From Rhizaria sp. SCN 62-66 (Eukaryota), in the NCBI GenBank assembly GCA_001724265.1, contig MEDY01000007.1:62001-126000 (forward strand): DNA of 64,000 nucleotides. Direction: 5' to 3'. A program made the translations under genes and the position numbers. Positions 22,701 to 32,275 of this stretch are shown here, piece after piece. The first letter of the stretch is position 1. Each line of letters opens with the position of its first letter. The notes under the pieces were generated by a model, which saw only the letters and a program-made list of their open reading frames with translations, had not been told where the DNA came from and did not search any database.

Positions 22701-23369
22701 CAACAGCAACCGCAGCAGGCTCAGTACCAGGATGGCTACCGCGTCATCAACCACCGTAACAATATCGGCTACTCTGCGCACAGTGCGTTTGCAGAGCCAG
22801 GCAGCAGCAGGCTGGGTGCGTACCAGCAGCAATTGATGCAGCGACAACGCGAGCTATACGCGCAGCTGAGTCCGTACACCGCCCAGTCGCAGGCGCAATC
22901 GCAAGTGCCGCAGTCATCTGTGCCGATGGCGCTGCCGCCGCAGCAGCAGGCTTACCTTGAGCATCAACGCCAGCAACAGCAGCAGCAGCAGAAACAACAA
23001 CAGTCTCGAAACCCTGTCCCGCCTTCAAATAGTTTATACAATGGCACTGCGAACGGCTACTCTGCTCACAGTCAAGGCTTGCCGCCGAGGCCGTCTACGA
23101 CACCAAGCTCTCAAAGCCACCTTGCTCACGGCCCCAGCAACAACAACTACGGTGGCATTAACAATACTGCTTACGCGTACAATACCTCCGGCAACGTTGA
23201 TAACAACGGCCAACAAAGGCAGCAGGGCCCGCGCACTGCGCAGACGCACGCCACGATGCTGAACGCAATGATGGCGAACGCAGCAGCGGGCCGGACCAGT
23301 GCGCAGGCCAGGGCAGCGGCCGTTGCGGCGGCGGCAGCATCGCAAGGGCAGGGACAGGGACAATGGTGA
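19755..23369 (+). CDS. N-terminal motor kinesin, KIF12/kinesin-16-like
   Basis: VRVRP, P-loop GQTGSGKT, NTESSRSH, LVDLAGSE, HVPYRDSTLTRLL. LRVRWAQGRDFYVDGL resembles the KIF12 signature as I recall it. Coiled coils and a Gln-rich tail follow. Ends TGA. Confidence 0.9.
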   Translation: MSTAIRAGVRVLVRVRPLLPSLNETSSSSQSSNANSNGATATTSIPVASHLQPDPDGRSLSLRVKDTLHQYTFDAVLPPAASQTDVFARGGVAGMVRSVVDGYSATVFAYGQTGSGKTHTMDGVGASVGAPVNADSNSTSSDNSDIDGTTSADANAGAGLSATTTVAVDGRLNEASGVTSRAIHSLFAQIAAETSDSNKNSKASTEDSEVSFHVTCSFVQIYQEQVYDLLSSSLSISSHNTSNTTSSGSHTTAAGGAGFDANRGSLRVRWAQGRDFYVDGLTETACTTPQQAVACFLAGTKRRVVAQHRLNTESSRSHSLFMLTVTKTTMTRSANSANVSVGSTATVTGAASGGLSNAETVVSKLTLVDLAGSERTSLTGAVGQMLAQAVSINKSLFVLRKVIKALATGTSTSTNSGSSKGASAHVPYRDSTLTRLLQHSLGGNCLTLMIACLAPLDAYQDENLSTLNYAALTTKIVNRATVGEDPKTALIRQLRAENNALKEIVARAKRLCLMTGVATTGAFANNTAGENMQNDDSSSASNGNSNDGSTVLWSDVESGAWNGVSTLLGNSINATGNSNAISGASSGKTATAPAPGWARGPQRKPTATATASSATAAAAAVGAPTPAASAATAPTNNVTAVTTSSGGLTSSEAALLQHRLVATVGMAHALLDENASYNARVESLEAELEEANAVTEELEGEVGQLQYENADLRERVLFLETVLVEGNGIANGKSDEKNIGSASIAIESEAEDANADADTDAKTVGTASRSMYANDKAKKQQLPNNKLSNNAKESMSCNALSSSSDNATVNASETTQLRELVLHARFEAQKEARRSQQLAAQLARLQQSTALQQNNIAGAYRPYSQQPQQHGGSQALSQSISLSGVPRAGTMRVGTARAANYAPSGGMTYRASSSAANGANTYRPGTSNGSMTVRGGPSGAYTGSLSTPGVSGGTTLYGNRPSTRSFKRRTRRQQQQQQQQLSQQQPQQAQYQDGYRVINHRNNIGYSAHSAFAEPGSSRLGAYQQQLMQRQRELYAQLSPYTAQSQAQSQVPQSSVPMALPPQQQAYLEHQRQQQQQQQKQQQSRNPVPPSNSLYNGTANGYSAHSQGLPPRPSTTPSSQSHLAHGPSNNNYGGINNTAYAYNTSGNVDNNGQQRQQGPRTAQTHATMLNAMMANAAAGRTSAQARAAAVAAAAASQGQGQGQW

Positions 23370-23988
23370 ATATGACTTCAGCACAATTGAGAGTGAATGG
23401 TGATATGAGCCAACTTTTAATTAATTTGATTTGTGATTATATGTGTTACATTAGTATCTGGGTGATCGACAATCATGTATCACTATTCGTAGACATGTGC
23501 GTCGACCAATGCTTACATTAGCTTAAAATACACGTTACGTTGAAATTCACAATAGTATTGGCAATATTATGACAATTTCGTTGGAGTCGAAACTCATAGT
23601 GTAAACGATTTCACCGTGATGTGTAAGTACAAGTACGATGGCATCAATGACTTGTCAACAACGCTAATGTTTGTATTTTTCGCTGAACTGAAGACATAAC
23701 ACAAAGATATTACACCATTCATAACGATCGCGACTGCCAATAGTATGTACACAAAGCAACGACTGACATGAACAGAAGTCGTAAAACTGATGGTACACTA
23801 CGATCAATTACAGTAGCAAGCATTTTTCATAGTGACGAATTGCACTAGCACAAAAAAAACACAACTGGGATTTTCATTACTCTTAAAACAAAATGACACA
23901 ATTTCTTCTTTAATTGTGTGTCGCGATGTAGTTTCATACTCTAACAGTGATAGCAGTCGTGGCTTACCGCCTGTCAGTCCGCGTGTCA

Positions 23989-26900
23989 TTAGTCGCGCGA
24001 GACAATGTTGTTGTCAACGCAGGCAAACGTGCGCGAGTCATAGCACGCAAACCCGCACACATCGGGCAGCTTTGTGGGGCAAATCGTGTTAGCCGTGCAC
24101 ACGAACGCGCTGACGTCGTAGCACAGCGTCTTGACGCCGTCGAACACAGTCAGACACGCCGCCGTCTGCGGCGGGCAGATGACCCACACGGAGGGCCCGC
24201 CAAGCGGGTTGGTGAGCTCGGTGGACCCGGGCTGGTTGGGCGCCGCAAGCAGCGCGCGGCCCGGTGCGGCGCCGGCGGTCAGCACGGGCGGCGAATCACT
24301 GCTGCTGCTGCTGCTACCGGAGTTGCGCGTGTCAGTCACAAACAGCGGCTCTTGGCTCGGACTGCTAACGGCGCCAGAGCTACTAACAATAGTACTTGTT
24401 GCGGGGACAGCGCCGACAGGGGCGTTGACTGTGGTAGCGGTTGAAGTTGTGGGAGCGCGCGAGGCTGAGCCAGTCACGGCGACAAGTGTCGACAGCGCAT
24501 CAACGGGGGTTGGCGCCAGGCCCGGAACACTGGTCGCGAGCGTGCGCATGACGGTAGCGGCGCGAGACAGAGAGTCCTTCATGCTGAGCGTACTGCTGCT
24601 GCTTGTGCCGGTGCTGGTGCTCGGCGGCGACGGCGGGGTGAGAGCTATGGCGACGTTGAGCGCAGTCGACAGCGGGTCAGTGCCGGGCTCGGGGGCCTTG
24701 CCGTGGAGTGGGTCCGCGATCGTCGGATGCGCGCCGGAGAAGGCGTTCAGCAGACCGATGTCGCGGTCAATAACGGGGTCGCCCGTGGTGGGGACAACAA
24801 CGCGCGTGCCGGGCGCGGGCGGCGTGTGCGCAACGACGGCTGCGGTCAGCAGAGAAGCCGGGGTCGGCACGCGGATGGCCGGGGTCGACGAACTTGAAGT
24901 TGAAGTTGAGGTGACAGGCGCTGCAGTGGTGACAAAGGGGGCGGCAGTCGTGGTGGCTGGAGTAGCAGTGCCGGTGAGAGCCGCGACGGGGACGTTGTTC
25001 TCAGTGAAGAAGTCGTTGTTCACACCGAGCGTCGCGTACGTGTGGCGGCCAGTCGCGGCCTCGAGCGCGCTATGTGCGCTCAGCACGGCAGCGGCGCGCT
25101 CGGCAGCCTTAAGCACTTGGATGCCGATCTCCATCTTAGACGCCTGGTCCGCAATAAAGCCGATGGGCGAGACCGCAGTGTTTGTAACACCTGCAATAGG
25201 GCCTTGAGTGGCAAAACCAAATGCCTGGCCAGTGGCGTCAAACAGCGGCTTTGACGTGGAGCCAGTCGTGGGAATGAGAGGGTTTGTCGTGCCTGTGCCG
25301 GAGTTGGCATACGCGTCCTTGGTTGTGGAGCCGAAGAGACCGCTAACATCGTAGCTGCCGCCGTTGAGAGAGTTACCCAAGTTGCCGAGCACGCCAGAGC
25401 TGTACGTGCCAACGCCGCCAGTGCTAGGACTAGTCGAGCCAGTGCTCGTGCCAGTGCCAGAGCTGGTCGACGCGGCGGTGGCGGCGGCGGAGGGCGTCGC
25501 GCCGGTAATGCTGCTGAGACTGGGCAGAATGCCTGCGAACGCGGTGGCGCCGTTGCTCGCGCCCTGCTGCCCCAGCAGCATTGAGCTGAGGCCGGTGCCG
25601 CTGCTTGTACCGCTCACCGCATTGCCCGCGTTGCCGCCGTTCACGAGCGAGGGCGTCATTGAGCCGAGCGCGAGCGGTACGCCAGTGGTCGCTGCAACAA
25701 TTTCGCCACCGATAGGCATTGCAGTGGCGCCATTGAGAGCCGAGAGCCCGCTGCTGGCGCCGCTGAGGAGGCTGGTCATTGAGGACATAGTCTCCACAGT
25801 GTGGCCCTGGGCGTTCTGAGCGCCGAAGTGGTGCCCGTTGGCCGGGACCGCGAAGGGGCGGATCAGCCCGGGGGACGCGGCGGCGGCGGCGGCGACGGTG
25901 GAGCTGCCGATGAGCGGGTGCGTCGCGCCGACTGAGTCCGGCTGCGGCGGCGTGGCGATAACGTTGCTCGCGGAGACTGACGCGGCGGCCAGATCGCTCT
26001 GGGCGCGCGCGGCACCGGGGATGCTGTTGGCGATGTTGAGCAACCCGTTGCCGGAGCTCGTGCCAGTCGATGACGTGGTGGATGCCGCGGTGACGACGCC
26101 GTTGCCCATGCCCGGCAGCGGCTGCGGAGTGGGCAGGTTTGCGCTCGAGATAGGGCCCGAGGCAACGGCGCTGGTGAGCGCGCCAAGCACGGGGTCGGAG
26201 CCGATGTTGGGCAGCACGCTGCTCAGCGAGCCGGGGCCGATTGTGGAGCCAGTGGCGCCAGGGAGCGCCGGCAGCGAGGCCGAGGTCAGCAGCGTGCCGA
26301 TGGGGTCGCTGCCGGCGACGGCGCTTAGAGAGGGCAGGTTTGACGTGCCGGGCGCGAGCGCGCTGAGCGACGGCAGCGTGGGCGCGCCGGTGGCCGCAGC
26401 GGTCGATGCGAGGGCGGCGAGCGGGTCTGTTGCAGTGGACGCAGCAGTCGTCGCAGTTGTCGTAGCGGCGGTGATCGCAGGGGCAGCAGTAATTGCGACG
26501 TCAAAGCCGGGCGCGACAGTCGCGCCGACAACGCTGGTGTGCATTGTGTGGCCGAGGTTGAGGCCGAGAGTCTGGGCGTTGGCAAAACGGACTGTGGGAC
26601 CCGTGGTGCCGCCGATGGTTGGCAGCGCGGGTGCGGAGCCAGTGAACCCGGGCGTGGTGAAGGCGGTACTTGCGCCAGCGGGGACAGTAGCCGCGGGGAC
26701 AGTAGCCGTGGGGACAGCAGGCGTCGTCACCGCTGTGGGCGCTGTGACTGCAGGTGTCGTGACCGTGGGCGCAGCGACCGTGGGCACAGCGACCGTGGGC
26801 GCGGTGACCGTGTTGACGCCGGCAACAGCGGCCACGGCGGGGTCGTTGACCGTGGGCACTGCGGGGGTATTGACTGTGGGCATATTGACTGTGGGCATCG

Positions 26901-29055
26901 TGACAGGGTTGAGAGGCCCCTCTTGAACGCCAGTAATAGGAACAACGTTGTTGTCAGGGATAGCGACAGTCGGCACAGCAGCATTAGCACTGGGGAGATT
27001 GACAGGAACTGGGTCCACAAGAGCCGCACTAGGAGCAGCGGGTGCAGTCGGAGTCGCGGGCACCTCAGGCGTCACCGGCGCAGTCGGCGCAGTCGGCGTT
27101 GTTGGCGCAGTCGGCGCGGTCGGCGTCGCAGGCACTGTCGGCGCGGTTGGCGCAGTTGGTGCCGAGGGAGTGGTGGGCACACTGGGCGTAGAGGGAACAG
27201 TGGGCGTAGAGGGAGTGGCGGGCACAGTGGGTGTCGCGGGCGTCGCAGGCGCGGTAGGTGCAACAGGCGTCTCTGGGGTCGTCGGAACTGTGGGCACAGC
27301 GGGCACGTTTGCGTTCACGTTTGCACTGTTAGACGTGGGGAATGCGGGCACCTCGTGGCTGATGAACTCGGTGCCGGCGAGCATGGGCGACAGCGGCGCG
27401 GGGCCGGTCGCGACCTCAGCCACCGGAACAGCGGCCGCATTCTGAAGCGGGGCGAGGTCGACCGCGACGGGCTGCGCCGCGGCGGCCGTAGATTGACTGG
27501 GGAAGCCGGGGAAGCCCTGTGGCAGAGTCGGGAACCCGGCGCCGCCGGCCCCGCCGAGCGCGGCCGTGGGATCAACGCCGCCCGGGAAGCCCTGCGGCAG
27601 CGAGGGCGCTGTGGGCACAAACGCGGGAAGACCGGAGGAGAAGAGCCCGGGGTTGTTCAAGAGCACGCTGCCGCCGGCGCCGGCGACCTGGAGCGTTGCC
27701 ATGGTGTGCTCGGCCAGAGGAAAACCGGACGCGGTTAGGAACGGGCGCGGGAGCGACGGCGGGGTAAACGTGGGCGCGGCAATGGTCGGCAGCGACGGCG
27801 GCGTTAGCAGAGTCGGGAAAACGCTTGTCGCAGTCGTGGCAGCAGGCGTGGCAGTGGTGGTAGTTGTGGTCGTGGTGGTCGTGGCGGCGGCGGCGGGCTC
27901 GGTCGCCGTGGGCGTCAGTGCAGCCGCGGTGGTGAGCGACCCGACGGGCAGGAACGACGACGTGGGGCCGCCAGTGACCGCGACATTGCCGGTATCAGTG
28001 GCCGTGTTCGCAGCAGCGACGGCGGTCGCGAGCGACGTTGGCACAATGCCGGTGTTAGCGTTTACGTTGACAGGCGTGCCAAGGGGAACCGGAGTGCTCG
28101 CACCGGTACTAGAGCTCGAGCTCGAACCAGAGCTAGGGACCGCGCCTGCGTTGGTGTTCGTGCTGGAGACCGGTGCCGGCAGAGTAACGGCAGTGTTAGT
28201 GCCGCTCGTCGACGGCGCAACCGTCACAGCTGCAGCTGTCGTCGTGGCCGTCGTTGCCACGTTAGTGACGCCGGGAACGATCGGCGACACCGTGCGCACC
28301 GGCGCGGCCTGGTCGCCGTAGTACACCGCGGCTCTGGTCAGCACGCCCTTGCCGAGCGGGTTGGTGCCCTGCACCAGGAACAGCCCGTTGGTGATGAAGA
28401 TGTGGCCGTTAGAGCACGGCACCGAGGCCAGGATGTCCAGCTGGTCCAAGTTCTCGTTCAGAATGGCCTTGAGCTTGCCCGTGTCGGCGCTCTTGGAGAC
28501 GTAGAGCGGCTTGTTGAGCGCGTTGGTCTCGCGCTGGAAGACGGGGTACTCGGCCGACACGTCGAGCAGGCCGGAGATGATGTGCTGGCGCAGCGTCGTC
28601 GCGATGTCCTCGGTCTGCGTGCCAGTCATTTGGATCTTATCCAACACGTCTTTAAGCGGGAGGAAGATCGTCGTCTTCTCGCTGGTGCTGCTGAGCCGAC
28701 TGAGGAGATCGCTGGCGCTCGAGGACTGCATCACGGGCTCGAGCTTGGAGCCGATGATGCTGCGGAGGTTGATGCAGTTGGCCAGCACAGTGTTCGCGGA
28801 GCTCACGCCGGCCGGAATAGTCACGGTCGTCGTGGTTGCGGCAGTCGTCATAGAGGTGGTTTGCGCAGCGACCGAGGTTACGGTGGTGGAGGACGTGAGG
28901 AAGATGATGATGACGGCCGAGGCCAAGAGCATCAAAGTGCTGAGTCGAGAGAAGCGGGCCTTGGAGAAAGGCTCCAGTGGCGTCCACGGGCCGGGCGAAA
29001 GAAAGCCCAACATGTGGAGGCGGCTGTCTTTAATGAAAAACAAGTTGCCAGACAT
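23989..29055 (-). CDS. Secreted/cell-surface glycoprotein: signal or anchor helix, FAS1 (fasciclin)-like domain, long Thr/Pro/Ala mucin-like stalk, C-terminal Cys-rich CBM52-like module
   Basis: Hydrophobic LMLLASAVIIIFL; FAS1-like TTIFLP...LRQHIISG...CSNGHIFITNGLFL (~28370-28790); C-terminal CYDVSAFVC...ICP...CGFACYDSRTFAC. The true start may be ATG 29013. Ends TAA. Confidence 0.75.
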   Translation of the reverse strand: MSGNLFFIKDSRLHMLGFLSPGPWTPLEPFSKARFSRLSTLMLLASAVIIIFLTSSTTVTSVAAQTTSMTTAATTTTVTIPAGVSSANTVLANCINLRSIIGSKLEPVMQSSSASDLLSRLSSTSEKTTIFLPLKDVLDKIQMTGTQTEDIATTLRQHIISGLLDVSAEYPVFQRETNALNKPLYVSKSADTGKLKAILNENLDQLDILASVPCSNGHIFITNGLFLVQGTNPLGKGVLTRAAVYYGDQAAPVRTVSPIVPGVTNVATTATTTAAAVTVAPSTSGTNTAVTLPAPVSSTNTNAGAVPSSGSSSSSSTGASTPVPLGTPVNVNANTGIVPTSLATAVAAANTATDTGNVAVTGGPTSSFLPVGSLTTAAALTPTATEPAAAATTTTTTTTTTATPAATTATSVFPTLLTPPSLPTIAAPTFTPPSLPRPFLTASGFPLAEHTMATLQVAGAGGSVLLNNPGLFSSGLPAFVPTAPSLPQGFPGGVDPTAALGGAGGAGFPTLPQGFPGFPSQSTAAAAQPVAVDLAPLQNAAAVPVAEVATGPAPLSPMLAGTEFISHEVPAFPTSNSANVNANVPAVPTVPTTPETPVAPTAPATPATPTVPATPSTPTVPSTPSVPTTPSAPTAPTAPTVPATPTAPTAPTTPTAPTAPVTPEVPATPTAPAAPSAALVDPVPVNLPSANAAVPTVAIPDNNVVPITGVQEGPLNPVTMPTVNMPTVNTPAVPTVNDPAVAAVAGVNTVTAPTVAVPTVAAPTVTTPAVTAPTAVTTPAVPTATVPAATVPAGASTAFTTPGFTGSAPALPTIGGTTGPTVRFANAQTLGLNLGHTMHTSVVGATVAPGFDVAITAAPAITAATTTATTAASTATDPLAALASTAAATGAPTLPSLSALAPGTSNLPSLSAVAGSDPIGTLLTSASLPALPGATGSTIGPGSLSSVLPNIGSDPVLGALTSAVASGPISSANLPTPQPLPGMGNGVVTAASTTSSTGTSSGNGLLNIANSIPGAARAQSDLAAASVSASNVIATPPQPDSVGATHPLIGSSTVAAAAAASPGLIRPFAVPANGHHFGAQNAQGHTVETMSSMTSLLSGASSGLSALNGATAMPIGGEIVAATTGVPLALGSMTPSLVNGGNAGNAVSGTSSGTGLSSMLLGQQGASNGATAFAGILPSLSSITGATPSAAATAASTSSGTGTSTGSTSPSTGGVGTYSSGVLGNLGNSLNGGSYDVSGLFGSTTKDAYANSGTGTTNPLIPTTGSTSKPLFDATGQAFGFATQGPIAGVTNTAVSPIGFIADQASKMEIGIQVLKAAERAAAVLSAHSALEAATGRHTYATLGVNNDFFTENNVPVAALTGTATPATTTAAPFVTTAAPVTSTSTSSSSTPAIRVPTPASLLTAAVVAHTPPAPGTRVVVPTTGDPVIDRDIGLLNAFSGAHPTIADPLHGKAPEPGTDPLSTALNVAIALTPPSPPSTSTGTSSSSTLSMKDSLSRAATVMRTLATSVPGLAPTPVDALSTLVAVTGSASRAPTTSTATTVNAPVGAVPATSTIVSSSGAVSSPSQEPLFVTDTRNSGSSSSSSDSPPVLTAGAAPGRALLAAPNQPGSTELTNPLGGPSVWVICPPQTAACLTVFDGVKTLCYDVSAFVCTANTICPTKLPDVCGFACYDSRTFACVDNNIVSRD

Positions 29056-29774
29056 GAAGTTGGTGCATATACAAGCGAAATATTGAAAGAGTTGTGAGTG
29101 TTCAAGTTGGTTTGTTGCCTCTAAGACGACTGCATTTCAAAGCGAGAATATATGCAATAAAACACGGATGTGGAGAGTGGTTTTGAATGATTCAAGGCAA
29201 ATTGTTGTAATAAATTTGCACAAAATGAAAACATTTCGCCTGACGATCACCATTCTGCCGTCGCGTGACTTTATATCGTCTGGACTTCAAGTCGTCCAAG
29301 ACAAGATGTTGCTGCTGCACTGGCGAGCCGGTTGAATCACAGTCAACCTATCGAGACAGCACGGCTTAACTTCATGCACTAGTGGCTATCATTATTGCGG
29401 CAATAACAAATCAACTTGAAGGACATGTATACACGTTTCCTGGTGTGTTATATGAACTTAAAAGACTTTGACATTGATATCTTCAATTTGTTTAAGTCGT
29501 AATCTAAGCATTTTGTGTCACTTCGAGTTCTTTTATCGAGGGATCGCAGCGGTCTGCGCATTGCAAAGAAAACATTTTGCTGTGATTCGTCTGATATGTA
29601 AAGCAAGCTTCATGTAAAATAGAAACATTGTGTATTCGTTAGAGGTTTGTTCGACCTTATTGTTGTCACTTTGATATCTGTACATTATCGAACGTCTCAC
29701 AGTCAATCATTCGATGAAACGCATCTCAGTCCTCTCAGTCGCTTTGCATTAAGACTACTTGGAGCACCAGCCGC

Positions 29775-31528
29775 TCAGTCGAAGGACGGGAACACGATCT
29801 CAGGCCCGGCGTTGCGGAAGTTGTACTCGGACGCCATGACGCGGCCGTAGGCGCCCGTGTTGTCAATGCACACGACGTCTCCCTCGTCCGTGGCCGCGGG
29901 AAACACGCGCGCCTTGCCCAGGAAATCGCCCGTCTCGCAAATGGGGCCCACAACGTCCACGATCAGCGCCGTGCTGCTCTCCGCAGCGGCTGCGCCGGAG
30001 ACGAAGGTGTGGTTGGCCTCGTTGCCGTCGGACGCGAGACCGGCCGCGCCCTGGCGCAAGTAGACCGCGTCGAACCGCGAGAGATTGACGATGTGGTGGT
30101 ACGCCTCGTAGAGCGCGGGACGGATCAGGTGCGTCATGCCGCATGATACGCCCACGAAGCGGTGCTTGCCCTTGGTCTTGAGCTGCGACACGCGGGCCAC
30201 CAGAGCGCCCGACTGGGCCACGAAGAAACGGCCGGGCTCGATGCAGAACGTGATTGACGGGTTCGCCGCGGCAACAGGGAGCAGCGCGGCGTCCAGGGCG
30301 GGGAGGTCGAGGTGGCCGTCTGTGAAAAAAAAAAAGTAGAGTCGAGTCAGAAAAAGCGAAGTGATGTTAGAAAAGATATACAGTTGACGTCAAGAGCATA
30401 CAGTTGACGTCAAGAGCATACAAAATCGAATTAAGAAGAAAAAAAAACATGAGTCAATAAAAATAGCATCTGCATTATATTTTTAGGACTCTCGGATTTG
30501 ATGATAATTTCGTGTGATATACGGGTAAACGTACCGTTGGGCTTGTACGGAACGCCGAGCCCGCCACCGAGGTCAATGAGCTTAACGTGGGGGAAAACCT
30601 CAAGCAGGCCAACGAGCGAGGTGGCGGAGCGCGCCCACTGCGCGGGGTCTGCGATGCCGGAGCCCTTGTGCATGTGGAGACCCGTGACGGTGATGCCGCA
30701 GTCTGCGATTAGCGCGGCAAAAGCAGGAGAGCGCAGGACCGACTGCTCGATGCCGAACTTGGAGCCCGAGCCGGTGTAGACGTGCGCGTGGTGGCCGTGG
30801 CCGTCCTCGCCGGGGTCAACGCGGAGGAAAATGCTCGCGCCGCGGAAGCACTCTGCGCCCCAGCGCTCGAGGATCCAGCTGTTGTCGACAGTGATGAACG
30901 GCAGCAGCGCGGCGTCCGCGCCGTGGGCCGCCGCGACGGCCGCGGCGCGCGCAGGGGAGGTGAAGAGCGCGGGCACGGCGAGGAACTCGCGCTTGGAGGC
31001 AAAATTGGGCGTGTATAGCACGCGGGAGCCCGGGATGTCGGGGAACAGGGTGAGGATGAGCTGGAGCTCGCCCAGCGACACGCACTCGAAGGAAACGCCG
31101 TGCGAGTTGAGCTCGCGCAGGATCTCATGGTTGCAGTTCGCCTTGATCGCGTAGAAGAGCCTAAAGCGCAGAATGAGGTCATATGCAATACAATAACAAC
31201 ATGGATGCATGGTGGGCGCGTGAGCGGATGAGCCGGACGATGTAGGGAGGAGGGGCGAGGAAAGTAGCGGAGTCGAATGTGGGGTTTTGAGGGAGATATA
31301 TTGCATGTGGAGGAGCGACACGTACTTGTTGATGCTCTTAAGCGCGGTGAGTTTCTTCATGTTCTCACGGAGAAAAGGCAGGGAGTAGACATAGACGCCG
31401 CAGACGTCAGTCTCGCCCTCAGCCCAGACCTTGTTGGCGGCAGCGATGATCTTTGCGCGGGCCTTCTCCTCCGCCCACCATGGAGTGTCGCGGACGGGCG
31501 CAATTGGCAAAAGAGATGCAGTGTCCAT
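29775..31528 (-). CDS. lysA: Diaminopimelate decarboxylase (type-III PLP fold), 3 exons: 31528-31326, 31160-30535, 30319-29775; 457 aa
   Basis: Spliced frame is continuous: PLP lysine in FYAIKAN, FECVSLGEL, HMHKGSG, DLGGGLG, IEPGRFFVA, LIRPALY, VVGPICETGD, GAYG. Both introns are GTACGT...YAG. Ends TGA. Confidence 0.9.
30378..30422. repeat. 20-bp tandem duplication (2.25 copies) in lysA intron 2
   Basis: atacagttgacgtcaagagc twice plus ataca; each unit contains the palindrome TTGACGTCAA. Confidence 0.9.
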
Positions 31529-32275
31529 CCTAAAGTAGTATGCACAAATTGACACAAGCGCTGACGGATGTTTCAGCTCGGAAATCACGCTTCCGTTACA
31601 CGCTTTTCCGCAGCCCCACACTCGCGCATCGCCGACCCTCGGCCCGAGACCACAATTCGATAGCAAGCTGTCAGGCCAGAAACCCAAACAAGGCAATAAA
31701 GCGGGATCTAACGGACACCAATTCGGATATAGATGACAGATTGGTTGTTACGATAAGTTGATTGTATTATATTCAAACTCAAATCTCACTTGAATAATCA
31801 TATAATCTCCGCAAATCACCAAAACGCGACTCGGAGCGAACTACATAGACTAACGTAATGTTCTAAAAAGACATATAAATGCTTGTAATATCAACATCCA
31901 TCTCTCTGGCGTTATCATCAACATAAAGCAACACGTCACAGTGTCTAGGAAACACTGCGTCGTGCCGTATCATGAACAATCACGTCACACATGGTAATAA
32001 CACAATATCAACAAGCAGTGGCCCTGAACCTCATCTAACTTTACACGACAGCCACCACCAGCACAAAAGCATCATCGCATATCGAAAGTCACCGAGCCGC
32101 CAAGCAAGCGTTGCCTAATCTACGCAGTGTACGCACTCGCTACGCGCGCACATCACTCAGACGCCAGTCTCTCGACTCAAGCCACAGACTATCGACTCCA
32201 AAGCACAGTCGGTTTGATGCGACCGGTGTTTAGCTTAGCTCATTGCAACTCCAGACTCGGACTGACTCGACTCAC

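Noticed and set aside
30378-30422. CRISPR-like repeat
   Set aside because: Only two adjacent copies with no spacers, inside a spliceosomal intron.
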